Shown here piece by piece: positions 24,501-38,544 of a DNA stretch of 64,000 bases (its first letter is position 1; the number at the start of each line of letters is the position of its first letter). Under the pieces are notes generated by a model. The model did no database searches and was not told where the DNA came from. It worked only from the letters and a program-made list of their open reading frames with translations. Source of the DNA: Chrysomallon squamiferum (lineage: Eukaryota > Animalia > Mollusca); NCBI GenBank assembly GCA_012295275.1, contig CM022678.1:2294001-2358000 (forward strand), given 5' to 3'. The translations under genes were made by a program, and so were the position numbers.

Positions 24501-27343
24501 GAAATCAAAAAATTGTGACAGCACTGACTGAAAAAGGTTGTGATGTAAACATTAGAAACAATAGAGGTGAAACTCCTCTTTCTACAGCTCTTACTTACAA
24601 TGAACATTATCCTTCTCTGAAGAATGAAAACTGTAAAGTAGCTTTGTATTTATTGGGATATGGAGCTGATCCTAATTTAACAGACAATGATAACAATTCT
24701 GTTTTACACCTAGCAGCTGGATTTGGAAATATAGAAATTGTGAAAGCACTGATTGAAAAAGGTTTTCATGTAAATACTAAAAACAGTCGAGGTGAAACTC
24801 CTCTTTTTAAAGCTGTATTCTCTCGTAATAGCAAAGTAATTTTGTATTTACTCAGACATGGAGCTGATATTAATATAGCAGACAGTGATAATAATTCTAT
24901 TTTGCACGAAGCAGCTAAATATGGGATTATAGAATTTGTGACCACACTGATTGAAAAAGGTCTTGATGTAAATATCAAAAACAGCCGAGGTGAAAGTCCT
25001 CTTTTTACAGCTCTTACTCACAATCAACTTCATCTATCTCTGAACAATGCAAAATGTAAAGTAGCTTTGCATTTACTGGAACATGGAGCTGATCCTAATT
25101 TGACAGACAAGGATAGCAATTCTATTTTACACCTTGCAGCTGAATATGGAAATATAGAAATTGTGAAAGCACTGATTGAAAAAGGTGTTGATGTAAATAT
25201 TAAAAACAGCCGAAATCGGACACCTGTTTTTATAGCTGTTGAGGCTAAACAGACAAAAATAGTTTTGTATTTACTGGAACACGAAGCTCATCCTAATTTA
25301 ACAGAGTATGATAATATTTCTGTTTTTCACGTAGCAGCTATAACTGGAAATATAGAACTTATGACAGCACTGATTGAGAAAGGTTTTGATATAAATATTA
25401 GAAGCAGCCGAGGTCATACTCCTCTTTTTCTCACTCTTATTGAATGTAATCTATTTCTGATGGATGAAAAATGTAAAGTATTTTTCTATTTACTGGACCA
25501 TGGAGCTGATCCTAATATGAGAGACAATGATAACTATTCTATTTTACACGTAGTCGCTGGACATGGAAATCTTAAAATGGTGACTGCACTGGTTGAAAAA
25601 GGTGTTGATGTAAATATTAGAAACAAACATGGTGAAACTCCTATTTTAATATCACTTACTCACTGTGAACTTGATCCATCTCAAAGGTTTGAAAAATGTA
25701 AAATAGTTTTGTATTTACTGGAACATGGAGCTGATCCTGATTTAACAGACAATGATAACAGTTCAGTTTTACACAAAGCAGCTGCGCTTGGAAATCTGGA
25801 AATTGTGTCTGCACTGATCAGAAAAGGTGCTGATGTGAATATGATAAACAGACAAGGTCTCACTCCTCTTTTTTACCCTCTTAGTGAATGTAAACATGAT
25901 CTATCACTGATGGATAAAAAATGTAAAGTATTTATGTATTTACTGGAACATGGAGCTGATCCTAATTTAACAGACAATGATAACAATTCTGTTTTACACG
26001 TAGCAGTTCAAGCTGGAAATATAGAAATTGTGAAAGCACTGATTGAAAAAGGTGTTGATGTGAATATTAAAAACAACCAAGGTAAAACTCCTCTTTTTAT
26101 AGCTCTTGCTTCCTGTGTGCATGATACATCTCTGAATATTGAAAAATATAAAGTATTTTTCTATTTATTGCAAAATGGAGCTGATCCTAATTTAACAGAA
26201 AAAGATAACTATTCTGTTCTACACGTAGCAGCTGAATTTGGAAATATAGAAATTGTGAAAGCACTGACTGAGAAAGGTTGTGATGTAAATATTAAAAACA
26301 GCCAAGGTCAAACCCCTCTTTTTGCAGCTGTTGCTTTCTGTCAGCGTGATCCATCTCTGAATATTGAAGAAAATAGAGTATTTTTCTATTTACTGCAAAT
26401 TGGAGCTGATCCTAATTTAACAGACAATCATAACAATTCTGTTTTACACCTAGGAGCTGCATTTGGAAATATAGAAATTGTGAAAGCACTGATTGAGAAA
26501 GGTTGTGATGTAAATATTAAAAACAGCCAAGGTCAAACTCCTCTTTTTGCAGCTCTTGTTTTCTGTTTGCGTGATACATCTCTGAATATTGAAAAATATA
26601 AAGTATTTTTCTATTTACTGCAAAATGGAGCTGATCCTAATTTAACAGACAATCATAGCAATTCTGTTTTACATTTAGCAGCTAAATATGGAAATCAAAA
26701 AATTGTGACAGCACTGACTGAAAAAGGTTGTGATGTAAACATTAGAAACAATAGAGGTGAAACTCCTCTTTCTACAGCTCTTACTTACAATGAACATTAT
26801 CCTTCTCTGAAGAATGAAAACTGTAAAGTAGCTTTGTATTTATTGGGATATGGAGCTGATCCTAATTTAACAGACAATGATAACAATTCTGTTTTACACC
26901 TAGCAGCTGGATTTGGAAATATAGAAATTGTAACAACACTGGTTGAAAAAGGTCTAGATATAAATATTAAAAACAGTCTAGGTGAAACTCCTCTTTTTAC
27001 TGCTGTTAAGTGTGCACATTGCATACTAATTTTGTATTTACTACAGTGTGAACCTTTGAAGAAAGTAAATTTCTATATACAACGACATCAAGCTTTGAAG
27101 AATGTAGTTTTGTATTTGCTGGAACATGGAGCTGATCCTAATTTAAGAGACAATGATAACAATTCTGTTTTACACCTAGCAATAAAACATGGAAATACGG
27201 AAGTTGTGACAGCACTGATTGACAAAGGTGCTGATGTAAATATTATTCTTGATAAAGCAAAGAGTTGTAACAAAAGGGGAATTGTTTTACGTTTACTGAG
27301 AATGGTGCTAAATATATTAACAGATAGATACATTTTGTTATAA
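21576..27343 (+). CDS. Terminal coding exon of an NLR-like STAND NTPase (nSTAND3-type) + ankyrin-repeat protein (about 1920 aa in this exon)
   Basis: Uninterrupted 1917-aa ORF. Walker A VVIVVGSPGSGKTT, Walker B CVVLIDDIFG, IITLR sensor-like strand, GFP and YTFIHQSV (winged-helix/MHD-like) motifs, then about 25-30 ANK repeats (GETPL..A / SVLHLAA..GN.EIV..L.EKG.DVN). The track's GTG start is not the real start: an acceptor (tttgtttatgttgtgatacag|AG ACA ACC AGG CCA GTG) at 21575/21576 enters the ORF in phase 1. Confidence 0.93.
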
Positions 27344-29877
27344 GTCTGCACAGACTCTCACTTTTAAATGCAAGATTACCTGGTGAGAATATTTTAAAAG
27401 TTTGCTGAAATAATATTTTTGCATGAAACTGATGTTCATAATCAACGGAAAAATTGTTCTGAAGAAATCTGGATTTTGTTTGTAATTTTTCTGGTACAAA
27501 GTTGATCATAATTTTCTACTTCATCCAGAAACAATTCCTGATGTAGTTTTATTCTGAACTGCTTCATTTGTGTCTATTTTTACTGTAATCTTGTATCAGT
27601 GTTAAGTAATATGTACAGATTTTTTACTTTTCAGTTGAGAAGTATAAAATAACCGATACATTCGCCAGAGCAAATTTTCAAATTAAAGTCAATATGAGTT
27701 TGCGTAACTATATTGCTGTGTAGTCCGGTGTTTATCTAGATACTGTAAACTGTTGTTTCTACTAAGATATTGCATTACTGTATTGTGCACTCTGCTTTTC
27801 CTATTGAAATATTGTATATTGTGGTTTTGTTTATTTTCAAATATTGTATTACCATATTGTATAATCTGTTTTATATATTTAAATATTGTATTTATGTATG
27901 GTGCAGTTTTTATTTCTATACAAATATTGTATTAATGTATGGTATTCAAACATTGTATTAATGTATTGTACAGAGTATTGTATCTATTCAAATTGTGTAT
28001 TAATGTATGATATAATGTTTGATTCTATTCAAATATTACATTGCCATATTGTATCATCTATTCTATCTATTCAAATATTTTGAATAATATATGGCATAGT
28101 TTATGTTTCTATAAAACTTTTGCATAACCATATTCCATAGTATTTTGTATCTATTCAAATATTGTCTTAGTTGTACAGTTTATTTTTGTTTCTATTCAGA
28201 TATTTTGCTGTCTGTGGTATTTGTACGTAACAAGAAATAATATTGTATGAAATTTTAATAATGATTTTTACTTTTCACTGAAACACTTTCTGGATTTATT
28301 GCACAGTTCAATTTTAAAAAAATGTTCAGATAAGTTAGGGTTCCAGTAATCATTCAATAATACTAATACTGATGTTAAATTTCATCAGGTTATTCAGTTA
28401 GTGAAAAGTCAAACAGTTTTTTAATCAGATTTGTTATTCATGATGACTTGATTATTACTTGTGTTAGACTGTTCATGTGTGAAAATATCTGTTGAACAGG
28501 ATGTTATAATTAAAGTTGTATTTTAATGTTGAGTGTAAAATTTTTAAAATATATTTTTCATTTTACAAAATTGTTCTGTATTGTTTTACTGTGTTTATAC
28601 TACATGAATTTGTATATTGTTAAGGTAAAGGTTTTTTGTGGGTTTTTTGTTACATTATAAAATAGTTCTGTACTATAAATCTTTTTTGCTATGTTTAAAA
28701 TAACTAAACTAATATTATGATGTTTAATTTAAGATATTTTATATGTTTTTGTGTTATAAAATGTTTGCTTTCTCATTATTTATTCTTAATAATAAATTTG
28801 TATTTTGAAGTAAAACATATATATATCTATATATATATATAGATATATATATGTAAGTGGCCGGGTGTGTACAGCACCCTCACACAAAAACTACACAAGT
28901 TTGATTTTGATTACATCTTTAATTTCTCTGCCTGAATGAATAACATGATACACAATAGTATAACATTATAAATGATAGTATCGTAGTTATACTACAGAGA
29001 ATTGGCCCAAACGTCTTTTTCCCTTGCCAGATTTTGTCTTTTCTCTTGAACTCTCTTTCACCACAGTCACACAGGTAACATTTCACATCCCTGAACTATA
29101 CTGGCAGACTATTGCTATCCTGGGTTCCTTAAAAAAGAACCAGTGACAGTGTTTACCATACATCAACGTCCCACGTGTGTTGAAGGAATTTCCCAAATAC
29201 TTTACCTCTATGCAAGGAGAAATAAACCTCAGTAATGTTAATGGTGTTTATGTATCTTCAGATTATGCTTGGGTGCTTTTGGTTCAGTCCCTCACATACA
29301 TACGTACATGCATGCATACATACATACATACATACATATATACATACATACCTACGTACACACATACATACATAATACATACATATATATATTTGACTAA
29401 ATTATCATTAGAAAATAGAAAATAATAAAATTAATAAAGCATATGTAAGTTTTCACTGTGCATACATTTGGTCTACATTTGTATAAAACAGTGCACAGTA
29501 ATGTAATTAGTATTCCCATACATGTATTTCTCTTTGACATATAGCAAAGATAATTATTATAATGACTACATTATTGTATTTAATAATTATAAAATAGTGA
29601 ATAATTAATAAAGTATATTTGAATTTAAATTAGGAATATTTTTTGTTAATAATATTTTGATTTACCTTTTTTATAATTATATAATATTAAATAATTAATA
29701 AAGTTAAATTAAATTAGGAATATTTGCAGTTAGTAATGTTTTTATTTACCTGTTTGACATTGAACTATGATTGAGCAGTAAAACAGATTTAATCTGTGTG
29801 ATAACATTTTAATACTACCGTTATTCTAGTTGTAAATAATTTGATTCAAATCAATGTTTTATGATGAATTATTATTA

Positions 29878-29951
<74 letters not shown>

Positions 29952-30535
29952 TTATAAAAGGTCTGTACTGAAGGAGTGACATTTCATAGGATTGAAAGAA
30001 TGATGCAGTGACAAAGTATATTCAAAATTTTATTTTCAAAACTAGAACCACTGAATTGTTAATATATTTTAAACTTGTTTACAATTCTTGTTCCCCATCA
30101 CTGCAGTTATTGTCCACCTCGTAGTAGTTTACATTGTTTGTACTGAAATGCAAATTGTGCACAATTCCACAAAGCTATTTGTTGAAAGGGACAGTTCCAT
30201 GTCTCCTGAAGCAATTGCAAGCCTCTCTTCCCTCTGCATTTGTTCACTTACCACCTGGTTGGATGGTTGTCATTCCTTTGAAATTTATATCTGAGGTTTC
30301 ACTCCTTAATGTTACTCCTTTGAATAGAATCGTTTTATAACTATTTCCATGGACTAATGCACTGATCCTTAAATAACATTGAATAATAGTATTGTGTATA
30401 TATATATATATATTGTATTTTTGTCTCTTTTGATGATTGTTTCCTTGGAGAATTTATTTTATGGGTATTATTTTGTTATTGTAGTTTTATTTTATTATTT
30501 TGTATTCAATTATTAATGATTTATTATTGTTGTTG

Positions 30536-30573
<38 letters not shown>

Positions 30574-30844
30574 TGGGAATCTATACAGTTTATTTTTGTT
30601 AGTTTTTTTCACTTTTAACTTTTATGTATTTAATCATTAGAATACATTGAATAAATGTATATAGCAATGACATATATATATTTTTACCTACGTTGATTGT
30701 ATTTTTCTTATTTAATTAGCTTGGTAGATAGTTTTTTTACTATATTTATTTTGTGCATCAACTAACTTTAGATCAAATTTCTGTTTTATAATTAACTGTA
30801 TCTTTAATTGATAGATTGTCTCCCATTTGTTACACATCCAGTTA

Positions 30845-30956
30845 TTAGTTTGATGCTTTATTAAGCTAACTCCAGTGATGTTAGTTTGATGCTTTATGAA
30901 GATAACTCCAGTGATGTTAGTTTGATGCTTTATGAAGCTAACTCCAGTGATGTTAG
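30845..30956. repeat. 36-bp minisatellite, 3 copies
   Basis: Unit ttagtttgatgctttatgaagctaactccagtgatg. Confidence 0.85.
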
Positions 30957-31063
30957 TGCAGTAGTTACCAGTCACCAAGTGTTCTTCATTTTATTCAGTT
31001 ATTAAATACTATGATAATAAAGAATTAAACAAAAATTAAATAAATAAATATATTACTGAATAC

Positions 31064-31124
<61 letters not shown>

Positions 31125-31874
31125 GAAAGGAAGAAGAAGACAATTTTTATTATTTATATATAACTGAGACGAGTGGATATACTTTGTGCACTTTTTGTGC
31201 CGCAGTAAGTTTTGTCTATGATTATCACAAGATGGGTTTGTTTTCATTTTCAGAAATAAAATCAGATTAACAAAGTACCTGGTCTGATTGGTTGTGCAAG
31301 TCATGTGATAGTGGGGTTGTATTAAGCTTTTCTTTTTGTTGGGATTAGCGACGTGGGAAATTAATTAACATTTCAGTAACAGGAATAATTAAACTACTTT
31401 AAATTGCTTTGTTTAAAGCTTTACTTTTTTTTTGCTTCTGATAAATTGTAATAGGGATCAATTGCTTAATTATTTTGTGTAACAACTGGGAAGATGAGTC
31501 TATTATTGTATACTAGATAGAGGACAACTGATTACAAGTTCTCTCTGTCTGAGTTAGTGTTGTAATAAATGGGATGATAGTCATAACAGTTTTCCTTGAG
31601 TGTAAATGTGATAAATTGCTAATGTTTTAAAATAACAATTATTGTTATGAAGTGTATTGTAATTCCACTGACAGGTAACATAATAAATATATTTTATAAA
31701 TGGAAATGACTCGTTTTCTTTATTAGATTAAGTAAATTTACTGTATTGCTCAAGAAAAGCATACTGCAATGGAATAATATATTGTACACGTTGTTGATAC
31801 ATCATCTGACATTCACTAGTGACATAGTATTACATACAAGTGTGTCTGATAACTCTGCTATTGGAATCTTCCAT

Positions 31875-33520
31875 GTAAGTAAATTGTGGAATGTTCTAAC
31901 AAAACATATTTTATCATGTTGATTTCCTCATACTTGGTAATAAGTAAATTATTCAAGGGTAATATTTGACATTTCAGTGTATATTCTCAAGTTTTGGTTA
32001 GTGTATAATAAAAGTAATGTTTAGAATGTCTGAATGTATATTCTCTAGGTTTTGGGTGGAATATAATAATATAATATTTGGCATGTTTCAATGTATTTTC
32101 TCTGGAGTTAGGGTAGAGTATGATAAATGTAATGTTTGGTATATTTCAGTGTATATTCTCTAGGTTTGCGTGGAGTAATATAAATGTAATGTTTGGTATG
32201 TTTCAATGTATTTTCTCTGGAGTTAGGGTAGAGTATGATAAATGTAATGTTTGGTATATTTCAGTGTATATTCTCTAGGTTTGCGTGGAGTAATATAAAT
32301 GTAATGTTTGGTATGTTTCAATGTATTTTCTCTGGAGTTAGGGTAGAGTATGATAAATGTAATGTTTGGTATATTTCAGTGTATATTCTCTAGGTTTGCG
32401 TGGAGTAATATAAATGTAATGTTTGGTATGTTTCAGTGTATATTCTCTAGGTTGGGGTAGAGTATGATAAATGTAATGTTTGGTAGATTTCAGTGTATAT
32501 TCTCTAGGTTTGGGGTGGAGTATGATAAATGTTAAGTTTGGTATATCACAGCACCTCGGCAATCAGGTCTTTCTCCTGTTTTTATATCTGCTTCCATATT
32601 CCTTGCGAAAAAAACCATAACAAAATTCAAATAAGAAAATGTTTCCCAAAATGTTGGCTGTTGACAGTACATCATGCAGTAGGTTCTTATAAGCAGAGTT
32701 CACTGTAACATCTGTAATCTGCATAAAAACAATCTTAATTCTTTTGTCTGTAAAAACCCCCCGTCACTTTCTGGAATCTTTCACAAGTAAATTGTGGAAT
32801 GTTCTAACAAAACATATTTTATCATGTTGATTTCCTCATACTTGATAATAAGTAAATTATTCATGTGTAATATTTGACGTTTCAGTGTATATTCTCTAGT
32901 TTTGGTTAGTGTATAATAAAAGTAATGTTTAGAATGTCTGAATGTATATTCTCTAGGTTTTGGGTGGAATATAATAATATAATATTTGGCATGTTTCAAT
33001 GTATTTTCTCTGGAGTTAGGGTAGAGTATCATAAATATAATGTTTGGTATATTTCAGTGTATATTCTCCAGGTTGGGATCGAGTATGATAAATGTAATGT
33101 TTGGTATATTTCAGTGTATATTCTCTAGGTTTGCGTGAAGTAATATAAATGTAATGTTTGGTATGTTTCAGTGTATATTCTCTAGGTTGGGGTAGAGTAT
33201 GATAAATGTAATGTTTGGTAGATTTCAGTGTATATTCTCTAGGTTTGGGGTGGAGTATGATAAATGTTAAGTTTGGTATATCACAGCACCTCAGCAATCA
33301 GGTCTTTCTCCTGTTTTTATATCTGCTTCCATATTCCTTGCGAAAAAAACCATAACAAAATTCAAATAAGAAAATGTTTCCCAAAATGTTGGCTGTTGAC
33401 AGTACATCATGCAGTAGGTTCTTATAAGCAGAGTTCACTGTAACATCTGTAATCTGCATAAAAACAATCTTAATTATTTTGTCTGTAAAAAAAACCCAGC
33501 ACATTCTGGAATCTTTCACA
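31875..33520. repeat. Two arrays of the same 57-59-bp satellite inside a local tandem duplication (31875-32785 ~ 32785-33520)
   Basis: Same unit as 44520-45890; the flanking unique sequence (agtaaattgtggaatgttctaac..., gcaatcaggtctttctcc...) is repeated twice. Confidence 0.9.
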
Positions 33521-33782
33521 AGAAAATATAATCTCTTATGTTTGTGTAAAAACTTAAGTGTCAAAAAAAAGAAGGAAAAAGACAACAGCAGTATAATATG
33601 TTTAGTCTGTTTTTATTTTGGTTTCAGTGTGCATTAAGATTAAATAATCATATGAAATACTACATATCTACACACAGTGACAGAAATTAAAATACTCTTT
33701 AACACACACCTACATAAAAATACATTTAAAAACTCATAAAATGCTCGCAGACATAATAATAATAATATAAATAATAATAAAA

Positions 33783-33816
<34 letters not shown>

Positions 33817-33825
33817 GTAATAGTA

Positions 33826-33864
<39 letters not shown>

Positions 33865-34615
33865 GTAATAATAATAATAATAACAACAATAATAATAATA
33901 ATAATAATATATGTACTCCACATCTGGTACTTTCTACACCTAGAGTAACACACTTTAATTATCAACACAAACACAAACAAAAAATAGATTAAATACTTGC
34001 TAAGTTAGATGTATGTTAAAATGCTAACTAACTTTTACTCAACAAAATACATTAAAACTATCACAGACATAGACCAAGCAACCACTAAGAATATCTTCAT
34101 TAACCTTGATGAAGAATTTAACAAAATTTCTCTTTATTAATTGAAATTATTGATAGGAAGAAGGAAATATAAATAATTGTGTTATGGAATGATTCCTGTC
34201 ATGTTTTTTCAGTGGGTTGAGAGTGTTTGGCTTATGTGCTGTATAGTGTGTTACAAAGAAAGCAAGCTATAATAGCTTTTTTTAAATTATTTTTTTATTT
34301 TTTTGTTTTATTGTTTTATAAAATCAGGTAGCAATACAGTGAAAATAAATTCAGTGGGTCTTGACAGCTATTTGCAAAGAAAGAAATTATTGTTATTGCT
34401 ATTATGATTATTATTATTATTATTATACTTGCGTTATTTCACTTTCATTCTGTATGGCTGTTTCCCCCTTACACTTCAGTGTGTGTGTGTGTGTGTGTGT
34501 GTTCTAATTTGTATATAGAATGAACTGAACAATAAGTTAGTATATATGTACGTAAGTATGCATGCATGTATATATGTATGTAGGTATGTATGTATTGGTA
34601 TTTGTGTATGTCTCT

Positions 34616-34701
<86 letters not shown>

Positions 34702-35158
34702 GAAAGTAACCAGTTTTTTTGTCCATGTTTTCATTCATGAAGGGGAAGTAACTTTACCTGTTGCTACAGAGGATTTCAGTTAATAAACAGGTATTATGTT
34801 TGAAATAAAAATAATAATAAAAAGAAAATAAAAAGTTAAAAAGTTAAAATAAAAATTATATATATAATAATAAAAGCATTGTATGACTAAAGGGAAAAAA
34901 TAATTTTATTTAATATTAACTGTTTCTAGTATCATAGACCGAGAAATACAGGTTGCTTTTTCAGGTCAATGTAAGATATTTCATGTAAATACTGAAGACA
35001 GTTACAGAAACATTTACAAGCTACAAGCAGAGTGATGAATAAAACCTGGACCCAACCTGGGACTTGATTTGAAAATGTGTCTTGTTTCGGTACATTCAAC
35101 AGTTATAATACTAAAGTATATTTTAGAATTTTGTTTGAAACAATAAATAAATAAACAA

Positions 35159-35195
<37 letters not shown>

Positions 35196-36115
35196 ATAAA
35201 AACATTTTATTTAATATTAAGAGTATCTTGTATCAGAGACAGAGAAATACAAGTTGATTGTTCAAGTCATTGTAAGGTATTTGATGTAATTATTGAAAAC
35301 AGTTATACTAATTTATAAACTGCAACCAGAATGAAAAGTCATTTTGAATAAAACCTAGACACAACCTCAGTCTAGTTTCTAAAATTAAACATAACATTTA
35401 AGTATATTTTAGAATTTTAACTAACAGTCATGTTCTTATTGTTTTATTATAGTGAAGTATGTATACAGGTATGTCTCTTTATTTGCTTGTGTGTGTGTGT
35501 GTATTTCTATATGTATGCATATGTTAGTAATTTAAACAAATACAATATTTACTTATTTATAATTCAGTTTAATCCATCTTTAGACTTTAGATGAGTGCAT
35601 ATTACTAAACATTGTACATATTTTATTTCATTTTATTATTATTATTATTAGAGGTAGTAGTAGTAGTAGTAGTATTGACGTTTTATTTATTTACTACTAC
35701 TACTACTACTACAAATAAAATAAAAGTTAGAAGAAATTCATTATTTAGAGAATTTTATAACACAGAATGGATGTAAATCAATATGTTGAAATATTAACAC
35801 AGGAAGAATTAAATGTGTATCACTAAATGCTATGAACGATAAAGAATCTGATAAACTTTGCACTAACACGTCACTAAATATTTCTATTAATATCTAACAG
35901 ATTTCCTCTTCATAACACGTGTATGACTGATCCTAGTTTTGTGTACGTTTAAATATTTTATTTAAAAGTCTGGGCTGTGTGATAAATTATTGCATTTGGA
36001 TGTGTGTGTATATCGGTGTGAGTGTAATAATATTGTTACCGGTGAAGGCAGAAAAAATAAATTATCTATCGTTATTCTTTTCGTTTTCTTTTCTTTTTGA
36101 TTAATTATTGTTAGG

Positions 36116-36159
<44 letters not shown>

Positions 36160-37674
36160 TGTTTATTTATTTATTTATTTTTCTCATTTTGTCATTTTCA
36201 GGAAGAAACGGTGTTAGAATTGAATTTCATTTAATCTTATATTAAAGGTGCTTTGATTTTGATAGTGGAATTATACTAAAGAAAACGGATATTATCTAAA
36301 AGAAGGAGCTCTCCTTTTAAGAGGAAGTTTAATGAACTTTTTGTAATGGCTGCTTTCATGTGGTAAAACGCTTTGTGTAGTACAAATCGTTATCGAATGA
36401 TCATGTCAAATGACACGAGAGGAATAACTGGTGCTGAAGTTACATTAAACTGTCTGAATTCGACAGAGCTGCTATGATGGCTGATGCAGTGATAGTTAAA
36501 AACACAGCTCTATGCAATAATGAAAATCGTTGCTCATTTATTTTATTAAATATTAAAAATAATGTTATATTTCTTTCAATTTTCAAAAGTTAAATACCAG
36601 TGTAAGTGTTCAAGAAGATGGACGTAAAGCTGAAGAGGTTTGACCTTTGTGTAAGTTAATTTATTTATATTATTTTTAATTGTGTATAAATACATTTTTT
36701 GGTTTCCAGTTCGTAGTTGGAAATGAACTATAAAGTCATCAAAAGTTAGAAATCTGAACTAGATTCATATACTTTTGAAAACAAATCAAGAACTACTTAA
36801 AATTGAAAAATATTTGTAAATTGTCCAGTATTTTTACTTATTTAAGTCATTAATAAATCCGGAATTATTTTTATTTGTTTGCATATTACTAAAAGTTTTG
36901 TTAATATACCTGTCCTTGTCATACTATTTTCCTGGGCCGTAGACGATGCACATAAACTATTTTTTATTATTAATTTAAAAAACAAGATACGCCACTGCAT
37001 TAAGGCTGTGAGTTTTCTCTTTCACTACTTTTGTTTCTGACAACACTGTATAATAATAATAATAATAATAATATAAAAAAAAAATTATGAATTTTCTTTT
37101 TTGGCTGAGAAAAACATGCATTTTTTTTATTATTTGTGTCCACACTAAATAAAAAAAAAGAAATACAAGCCTAAATGATTTCCTGTGCTTCAAAGTAGTT
37201 GTATTACAGGTTTGTTGTTAAACTGTAGATTTTTAATACTAACAAGAATTCAGAATATATTTTCTATAATTTCAAGTGATTATTATGTTTTTCCATAAAA
37301 TGTAGGTTAATTTAATACTTAGAAGTATTCAGAATATATTTTGTATAATTCTAGATGACTAATGTTTTTCCATGAAATGTGGGTAAGTTAGTACTAACAA
37401 TATACTGAAACGAGACTGTGCATATCTCCCAATCTCACCTTTTATTTAATTTAATTTATTTATTTAATGTTAAATTCATTTTATTATCCAAAGTGAAGAT
37501 TCGAACATCTTTTCCTTTATATATTAGTTCTATTAAATAACTGAATACATTTTTTCTAATATATTTAGAATTTTTTGCTTTAAATAATAATTTCAAAATA
37601 AATTATTATCATTTCATTTTTAGACAGAGAAAACCCTCTGTTTCTGTTAAAACCAATTTATTCTTTATTTACAG

Positions 37675-38544
37675 ATTGTCCAATGAGATGACTGGTGGGC
37701 GTGGTAACAGTAACAAGTAAAACAAAAACCTGTCAATCAAAATCTTTGACATGGGAGGTAGAAGGAAAAGCTCATCTGTTGACCCAGGTCAGTCCACTTC
37801 AGAGCTCGAAGTAGTGAGTAGTGAAGTAGTATCCAAGAAACCAGTGTGTAATTAAGTAGTATGAAAGCAGTATTCACTGAAGTAGTATGAAAGTGAAGTA
37901 TAGTGAAATTGTGTGGAAATGGAGAAGTAGTATGAAAGTAGTGTATAGCTAAATAGGAAGCAACTTAGTGAAGTATGAAAAGTGTAGTCAAGATGTATGA
38001 AATTAGTTTGTATTGAAGTAGTATGCAAGTAGTGTATAGTGAAGTAGTATGAAATTCTCTCCGTATGTCTGTCTCTCATTCATGTATCACTTTGTATTAT
38101 TAAAATAAAATTAATTCATCAGAAGTAAATAAATAAATAAATTAGTAGGTAAGTAAATAAATAAATAAATAAATAAATTAGTAGGTAAGTAAATAAATAA
38201 ATAAATTAGTAGGTAAGTAATTAAATAATTAAATAAATAAATTAGAAGGTAAGTAAATAAATAAATAAATACTGTTAATTATTTCAGTGACTCAACATCT
38301 TCCTATTATCTCAGAAGATGTCGGTGATGTCATCCTGAACATTTCTGAAGATCTTTCCATTACTAAAATTGACAATTCTGACCTCAGCCAGGTCAAGGCC
38401 ATGGCAACAAGGTTAAACATGAAAACCAGAAGACCAATCCTCGCTTTCATATCCATGAATGTAGCAAAAACTAAAAATGATAAATTAACTCCGGAACAAA
38501 AGGAAGAAATAAACCATGCTTTGGAATGGATAAAAAACTAACTG
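37675..38544 (+). pseudogene. FAM167: FAM167-family pseudogene copy A: exon 37675-37787 (ATG 37751) and exon 38288-38544 with an in-frame stop; last exon absent
   Basis: MGGRRKSSSVDP|VTQHLPII...QVKAMATRLNMKTRRP...INHALEWIKN*L resembles FAM167A LKALTEKLRLETRRPS and ALQWLRKEL (recalled family sequence); TAA sits at the conserved Glu; canonical splice sites. Confidence 0.8.

Noticed and set aside
22924-27509. Minus-strand ORFs overlapping the large exon
   Set aside because: Antisense shadows of the ankyrin/NTPase coding sequence, with no independent features.
29185-29194. Perfect kappaB-like decamer (GGGAAATTCC on the minus strand)
   Set aside because: Single occurrence downstream of the gene, not conserved in paralogous blocks; could be chance.
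36601-36650. Exon-like segment encoding MDVKLKRFDLC upstream of the FAM167 copy
   Set aside because: Splicing to 37675 gives a stop after three codons; at most a 5' UTR exon, and unsupported.
38287-38541. 84-aa helical ORF first suspected to be a death-fold effector partnering the receptor
   Set aside because: TRRP and ALEWIK motifs plus the matching downstream exon identify it as the FAM167 N-terminal part.
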